Shown here: in pieces, positions 57,347-64,000 of the stretch
How the letters are laid out: each line of letters begins with the position of its first letter
Numbering within the stretch: position 1 is the first letter of the stretch
Origin: Eledone cirrhosa
Taxonomy: Eukaryota
NCBI GenBank assembly: GCA_964016885.1
Contig: OZ024746.1
Location: 56,606,001-56,670,000, forward strand
Reading direction: 5' to 3'
DNA length: 64,000 nt
Made by a program: the position numbers and the translations under genes
The notes under the pieces: generated by a model
What the model was told of the DNA's origin: nothing
Database searches by the model: none
The model's input: the letters and a program-made list of their open reading frames with translations, nothing else

Positions 57347-60300
57347 ATGACCTCACTCAGAATAGGCAGCATAAATGCGCGTGGCTTGGGGTCGTCATGG
57401 AAGCAGGGTCACCTGCTCAACGACCTCAGGTCACTAAACATAGATGTAGTGGCCATCAGCGAGACCAGAATCTCCGAAGCACGGGCCTTCGCACCGATCT
57501 TCGGCGGCTACGATGTGTACGCATCTCCCAGCCGTCCTGGATCGGGTGGAGGAGTTGCTGTGCTTTTTCGGAGAGGTTTGGATCTCGCCATACGGGCTAT
57601 CTTCCTGGACCCAGAGGGTAAGCTGGTGGTGCTGGACGTGACCAGCGGAGACGGGCAAGCTTTCAGGCTAGTGGCCGTCTATGCCCCGACAGGAGCAGGG
57701 CGGCCTGATTTCTTCCGGCGTCTGGAGACCTTTCTTGGAACGTCCCGCTCTTTAGTGTTAGTGGGCGACTGGAACGGGATCTTAGATGCACGCTGGGACT
57801 GTGTGGGATTAGCGGATAGGGGTGGAGGGTGCAAGAGCCTCACCAACCTGCTCAGGCGTTTTGAACTGTCTGACAGGTACCGATTGGATTTCCCGAATGT
57901 GCCAATGTGGACTTGGACAAACCGCATAGGGTCATCCAGATCATATCTAGATAGAGTATTTTGTAGGGAAATAGATAGGTCTAGCATAGGCTGTCCACAA
58001 TTCAAGATAGTCAGCTACACGGACCACAAATTCGTGACCTGTGTGCTTGACTTAGATAGGCTTCATAGACGAGGACCCGGCTACTGGAAGCTAAACGCGT
58101 CCTTACCAGCGCGCAAGGCCTACAGAGACCGGATTAGCGAACTAGTTAAGCGGGCGTTGACGGGGGCCATCGTCAACAACAAGTGGTGGTTTGCTCTGAA
58201 AAGAGCGATTAGAATAGAATCGATTAGGTTTAGTAAGGCTTTAGCAATAGAGAAAAATAGAGCAGAGGGAGAACTAGTTAGAAAATTAGACGAGGCGCTT
58301 AGCAAAGGCATTGCGACCGACGTGCTTGCGGCGAAATTGGCCCTTGACCAATTCTTCAATGCAAAGCACGAAGGCTGCGTTGTCAGAGCTAGGGTGCGTG
58401 CTCTCAGACACGAGGGGACAAGAGCCGTTCAATGGGCCCGAGTGGCGGAGGCGCGTCGTGGCAACAAAGCCACGATCCGGTCTTTGGTGGACCACGACGG
58501 GCGCATGCTACTCGATCCCGGGCAAATGTGTGAAGCTTTTCAGCGACACTTCGCTCAGCTGTTCGGGGGCAGCGGGGGGCCGGGTAGAGGGATGGACTTT
58601 AGTGTCTACCTCGACGGACTGCCGCGGCTCTCGGCCACTGAGGCGAGGTGTTGCGAAAAGCCGATAACAGCCGCTGAAGTACGGGAGGCAATGACTGGCT
58701 GCACAAGGGGTAAATCGCCTGGTTTGGATGGTCTGCCCTATGAACTTTACGTACAGATGCCAGACTTGTTCGGAGGCCTCTTGGCGGACGTCTACTGCAA
58801 CTGGCAACAGAACGGGAGAATTCCCAGTTCTGTGAGCCGAGGTGCGGTGGCACTGCTGAGAAAGGATCCGAACAAGGGGGATAACATAGACAATTTCCGG
58901 CCCATAACTCTGCTAAACACAGAGTTTAAGATTTTGGCCAAGGTGCTAGCAAAGAGGTTGGCGCTTGTCGTTGGTGGTCTGGTGGGAGAGGCGCAGACAT
59001 GCGCCATTCCCGACAGATCCATCCACGACAACCTCCACCTCATGCGATACATCGTAGAGAGGGTGGCTAGGGAACCTGGCACCGGTGGGTCCTTGATCAA
59101 TTTAGATCAGTCGAAAGCTTTCGATAGGGTCGACCATCGTTACCTAGCGGCAGTCCTGAGGGCGGCTGGCTTTGGGCCCGTCTTCAGAGGCTGGATCGCT
59201 GCCATGCACAGCGACATCTGCTCTGTGGTGAGAGTGAACGGTCACCTGTCGGAACCGTTCAACATCATGCGCTCGGTCCGCCAAGGATGTCCCCTCTCGT
59301 CCCTCTTGTACGTATTGACTCTCGAGCCATTACTGCACAAACTGGAGACGTTGAGGGGAGTCCCGCGCGAACTAGGATGCGGAAGATCCGTGTCAGCATA
59401 TGCGGACGATGTCACCGTAGTGGTGTCGAACGCCAAACACATCGAGGCGATCGGCACTACACTAAGAGAATACGAAGCGGTGACAGGAGCAATGATCAAC
59501 CAGGAAAAGTCAGTGGGCCTGCAGCTCGGCACCTGGAGAGGCAGGTCCATGCCGTCCAACAGCGTCGTCGGGCGCTGGACGGACGGACCGGTTAAATTGC
59601 TAGGGGTCTGGTTCGGTCCGGACCTCCAGACGGACAAAAACTGGGACGAGGTGACGAGCAGGGTGGCTTCTCTCACCCAGAAATGGGCGGAGAGGAAGCT
59701 ATCCCTGAAAGGTCGAGCGGAGGTGGCTAACGCGTACATCGCGTCTGTCATCTGCTACCGCCTAACCGTCGTACCTTGTCCTAAGCCTCGCCTGACTGCG
59801 CTGGAGCGTTTGCTCTTTCGCTTTTTGTGGAAGGGACGTGCTCCGATGGTCAGGCGGTCCATCTGTTGTCAACACCCGCTACGTGGAGGGCTGGGCATGC
59901 CGTGGCTGATGATGCGCAGGCACGCGCTCAGGCTACGACATCTCCACCTCTTCCTCGACGGTGATCAGGTGTGGTCGCCGTTTGCTAGACGCGTTTTTCC
60001 CCAGCTCGTTTCCTTGACGGAGCTGCAGTCCTGGGTCAAGCGAAGACCGAGAGGGAGCGCCTGGAGACTGGAATGTCTTCAGGCGCTCACAGCCCTCGAC
60101 CAATCGGGCAATGTGATCGGTGGAAACTCCACCTCGGCGTTCTATAGAGGATTAGTGGAGGGGAAGAGCGACGACGTACTTGGGGAAGCTCTAGGCGTCG
60201 ACGAAAATCAACTAGCCAATCTCTTCGGAAGAACTTTCGGGCCAGGGCCTATGGACAACTTCCAGAAATCTCTGGCCTGGCAGTGCTACCGAGGAGCCTT

Positions 60301-60766
60301 GCCAGTTCGGGATAAACTCTACAGGCATGGAGGTGCCGTCAGCCGGGCATGTCCGAGATGCGCGCAGGGCGACGAAACCGTCCTGCACGCACTCGTCCAG
60401 TGTCCGAAAATTGCTGACTTGTGGGTTTATGTCGAACACCTGCTGTCGCGTTTAGGACGGATCCAGCTATCATCTGAGTCTATCGTGAGGATTGCCCCGC
60501 CCTCCTCCTTTAGCCGGGAAGGGCAGGCAGTTTTTATCTGTCTGGTGGCCATGGCGAAAGAGATAGTATGGTGGACACGTTTGAAAGGGCTGAAGACGAG
60601 CACTTACCTCTTCGGTGATGCTCTGATTGACTTTTTCAAATTTCATTTGAAAAGGAAAATCAGAGTAGAGAAGGAAGTGCTCTCTTCCCAGCATTTTGTT
60701 GAAAGATGGGTGAGAGAAGCAAGAATGGCCCGAGTGAATGGGCCGACTCTGAGTATATATCTGTAA
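57347..60766 (+). CDS. Tx1 ORF2 (APE endonuclease, reverse transcriptase, CCHC), intact 1139 aa
   Basis: INARGL, GDWN, YLDR, TDH; QGCPLS, YADD; CPRCAQGDETVLHALVQC. Confidence 0.97.
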   Translation: MTSLRIGSINARGLGSSWKQGHLLNDLRSLNIDVVAISETRISEARAFAPIFGGYDVYASPSRPGSGGGVAVLFRRGLDLAIRAIFLDPEGKLVVLDVTSGDGQAFRLVAVYAPTGAGRPDFFRRLETFLGTSRSLVLVGDWNGILDARWDCVGLADRGGGCKSLTNLLRRFELSDRYRLDFPNVPMWTWTNRIGSSRSYLDRVFCREIDRSSIGCPQFKIVSYTDHKFVTCVLDLDRLHRRGPGYWKLNASLPARKAYRDRISELVKRALTGAIVNNKWWFALKRAIRIESIRFSKALAIEKNRAEGELVRKLDEALSKGIATDVLAAKLALDQFFNAKHEGCVVRARVRALRHEGTRAVQWARVAEARRGNKATIRSLVDHDGRMLLDPGQMCEAFQRHFAQLFGGSGGPGRGMDFSVYLDGLPRLSATEARCCEKPITAAEVREAMTGCTRGKSPGLDGLPYELYVQMPDLFGGLLADVYCNWQQNGRIPSSVSRGAVALLRKDPNKGDNIDNFRPITLLNTEFKILAKVLAKRLALVVGGLVGEAQTCAIPDRSIHDNLHLMRYIVERVAREPGTGGSLINLDQSKAFDRVDHRYLAAVLRAAGFGPVFRGWIAAMHSDICSVVRVNGHLSEPFNIMRSVRQGCPLSSLLYVLTLEPLLHKLETLRGVPRELGCGRSVSAYADDVTVVVSNAKHIEAIGTTLREYEAVTGAMINQEKSVGLQLGTWRGRSMPSNSVVGRWTDGPVKLLGVWFGPDLQTDKNWDEVTSRVASLTQKWAERKLSLKGRAEVANAYIASVICYRLTVVPCPKPRLTALERLLFRFLWKGRAPMVRRSICCQHPLRGGLGMPWLMMRRHALRLRHLHLFLDGDQVWSPFARRVFPQLVSLTELQSWVKRRPRGSAWRLECLQALTALDQSGNVIGGNSTSAFYRGLVEGKSDDVLGEALGVDENQLANLFGRTFGPGPMDNFQKSLAWQCYRGALPVRDKLYRHGGAVSRACPRCAQGDETVLHALVQCPKIADLWVYVEHLLSRLGRIQLSSESIVRIAPPSSFSREGQAVFICLVAMAKEIVWWTRLKGLKTSTYLFGDALIDFFKFHLKRKIRVEKEVLSSQHFVERWVREARMARVNGPTLSIYL

Positions 60767-61026
60767 ACTAAAGGTGGAAAACTGGGAGAGGGCACTTGCC
60801 TTGGTGGTCAGGGTCATTGTGGCTTTTTACTGGGCTTTCTCCACAAATGTCCCTCCGAAGTCTCCCCCCTATTGGGGAATTTTTCATTGTTATTTTCATT
60901 GTTATTTTTGTTACATCCTCTGTTTTTGTTTTTTTACACGCAGAAATGCCCATTTGTACCGTCCTGCATTGTCCTGCACTGTCCTTAATGTCTACTTTAT
61001 GTAAACCCTTGTGGTTAATAAAGAAA

Positions 61027-61091
<65 letters not shown>

Positions 61092-61093
<2 letters not shown>

Positions 61094-61735
61094 TCTTCTT
61101 CATCTTCTTCTTCTTCTTCTTCTTCTTCTTCTTCTTCTTCTTCTTCTTCTTCTTCGTCCACATATTCCTGTGATTTTCGTGGGAGCATAGGCCTGAAGCG
61201 CGCTTTCTAGCTGGTCCTGTTAGAAACAAATATCTCTAGTTGATCTGGTTGGTTCCCCAAGCGATTAAAACCGAACTCATGGATAATAACGAAACATCAT
61301 GTTTGGGATGAAATCCTGGGTCTCCTGGCAGTTGGTTTTGCCCGTGTAGTCTGTTCAGCGATGCTTTCCATAACAAATTCTGACCATACGTCCGTAGTGT
61401 GATCTCTTGCTTCGGAGAAGGAGCAGTTCAATATGTAGCGTCTATTTTATCTTTCAGCTATGCACTCTATCGAGAAACCTAACTCCATAGACTCTTCGGA
61501 GTAACCCCATTTCGACCGCTTGTATAGGTGGTCGTACTCTTCCGGTCGTTATCCATAATTCATAACAACATACAAGAGTTCGCACGAATACCGAATCGGG
61601 CATAGCGAATTTGGCTCTTAAATGTACCTTTCTTTTGATGACCGAATGCTGAAACTGGCATATTACTGTATGGCCTCCTTCCAACACTCGTGAATTACAC
61701 GTGTACACGACCCTGAGACATTTGAACTTCTTCAC
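61092..61735 (-). mobile_element. RTE-clade (Rex3/Expander-like) LINE 3' fragment with (GAA)n tail
   Basis: AKFAMPDSVFVRTLVCCYELWITTGRVRPPIQAVEMGLLRRVYGVRFLDRVHS resembles an RTE RT C-terminus. Confidence 0.75.
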
Positions 61736-61826
61736 TTATATTTACATGTAGAGTACACTGAGCAGGCTTCGTTGAGAGGACAGGTGTCTCAGTCTTGCCC
61801 CTGCCACACACGAGAATACACACACA

Positions 61827-62295
<469 letters not shown>

Positions 62296-62301
<6 letters not shown>

Positions 62302-62695
62302 AGAACATTTTCGAAACAGCGAGTGGGTTTGAAATTATTAGAAATATAAGCTATCGCCGTATTTTGACTAGAGAAATTAAAGAAATTATTTACTTTAATT
62401 TCTTTACTCAAAATACGGCGATAGCTTATATTTATAATAATTTCAAACCCACTCGCTGTTTCGAAAATATTCTTATTTGACATTACAGTCGCTAAGTTTA
62501 TAGCTTCTATATTAAATGGAAAAAAAACGGGTGATGTGCTGGTGTAAATGGTAGCACAGTGATCCGTATAACCAAAGATGTGTGTTCTACTCCCATGTAT
62601 GTAAATACTCCTCTTTTTCCATTTCTCAGAGGGTTCTTAACTCCACTATCAGGCTAAATAATTTCTTTAATTTCTTTAGTCAAAATACGGCGATA

Positions 62696-62697
<2 letters not shown>
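62296..62697. mobile_element. Hairpin mini-element (family J); related copy at 42773-42990
   Basis: Arms ~62299-62381 / 62396-62477; CGAAACAGC..GCTATC resembles an HHR 3' half. Confidence 0.72.
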
Positions 62698-62763
<66 letters not shown>

Positions 62764-62764
62764 T

Positions 62765-63520
62765 AAAATAACAAATTAAACTTATATTGGGTGTGGTTGT
62801 CTTTTAGACTCCAGATATAAGCTGAAACTGACGTCATATTCCTTCTTAGAGTGTAACGAAAAGAATGGGTATGCATGTATAGACGCTGCTTGAATCTATT
62901 GTCGGTTAACCCTATGTAGGCCCTACGGGACGTGGGTGTTTCAACCTTACATTCGTAGACAATGTTACTAGAGAGGCATTTCCCGGATAGGGGGCAATCA
63001 ACCCGATTTCTACAATTATAGTTAGTACTAACTACAGGGTTGCAAGTGTTCCTACGGCTAGGTAGTTGAGCCAAATTTGAACGCTGATGTTATGTGCAAG
63101 GTTAGGAGTCGTAGAGTAAGACATTTTAATAGTATTTCTATTAAAAAATTTACTATTTTTATGTGTAGGTGGAAAATGCTTCATAATAAGGGATAGAAGG
63201 ATCTTAGCTAATTGTATGGCCACCTCCATATTATATGGTGGGTTATACCATATAATGCGTCGGGATCTGTTTCTTCTAGATCTATTCTTGTACTCTGTAT
63301 ATGCTACCTTATCGACAAATCCACTCCGAGCAAGCGCTTCATTATAATATGTGGAATGGTCGATGAAGCACCGATTAGTTTTACGGTAATCCTTAGTTAC
63401 AGCATTATGTAGTAGTTGATGGTAAGTACTGCGCTTCACTTGGTATAGGTTGCTAGTTTTGTCGGAATGGACGTGCGCGGCATTAGAATCCTTAAATTTT
63501 AATCTGTTATTTTAATATAT
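62765..63520 (-). mobile_element. Internally deleted Neptune-type PLE fragment
   Basis: DKTSNLY..LLHNAVTKDYRK fused to YYNEAL..RRIIWYNPPYN..NRNTIKMSYS, then NCRNRVDCPL..IVY..YIG. Confidence 0.88.
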
Positions 63521-63608
63521 ATTTGCTCTTCGGTTCTTATATATTTGATATATATTTATCCTTATCGAGCCGTCTTTGTATTTTAGTCTTCAAATTTATT
63601 ATTATTAC

Positions 63609-63651
<43 letters not shown>

Positions 63652-63704
63652 CTATATATATATACAATTATATGTATATATATTAGGCACCATATCATGG
63701 TTCC

Positions 63705-63775
63705 TATTTCATCTGATGAGAACGCAAATATCGTCCCAGGAGGATATTTGTTTTTGAAATACGCATAATAAAATA
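63705..63775 (+). ncRNA. Type I minimal hammerhead ribozyme
   Basis: UAUUUCAU-CUGAUGA-stem II (GCAAAUAUC/GAUAUUUGU)-GAAA-UACGCA-UA-AUAAAAUA. Confidence 0.8.
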
Positions 63776-63811
63776 CGTGGAACTTTTTTAACCATCTATT
63801 AATCTCTTCTT

Positions 63812-63845
<34 letters not shown>

Positions 63846-64000
63846 TTTACATATATATATATACATACATACATATACGTGTTTTGCAACGGGTCACTTT
63901 GTGGCTCAATGAAAAGTTAATAAATTAAATAATCAGAGCTATATATCATAAAGCATGTCTATAGAATCACCAGATAAAATATATACAATTTCGTCTCCCA

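Larger units (their letters stand above)
54996..61028 (+). mobile_element. Tx1/L1-clade non-LTR retrotransposon, full length (copy 3)
   Basis: ORF1 plus intact ORF2; 3' end CCCTTGTGGTTAATAAAGAAATC-(ATT)n; (ATT)n at the 5' end. Confidence 0.95.

Overview
AT-rich, microsatellite-saturated eukaryotic DNA with no host protein-coding gene I can support. The SINE and repeat style suggests an octopod cephalopod (inference). Contents: (1) three near full-length, mutually diverged Tx1/L1-clade LINEs (APE endonuclease + RT + CCHC; two with intact 1139-aa ORF2), each inserted in a (TATC)n or (ATT)n microsatellite, plus short 3' fragments; (2) three decayed Neptune-type Penelope-like elements (PLE; RT + GIY-YIG), one with 1.4-kb inverted arms; (3) more than ten small, mostly palindromic non-coding elements from several unrelated families, sitting in (TA)n tracts, many carrying type I hammerhead ribozyme (HHR) folds and a shared T(T/C)GAGTRC tail motif; (4) a ~520-540 bp terminally redundant, circularly permuted (retrozyme-like) family; (5) tRNA-derived SINEs, a deleted mariner, a tiny MITE and RTE fragments. 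The two best candidates for undescribed biology are the hammerhead-bearing hairpin mini-PLEs and a conserved splice donor/acceptor pair bracketing ORF2 in all three Tx1 elements. All alignments and RNA folds were done by eye; boundaries are approximate.
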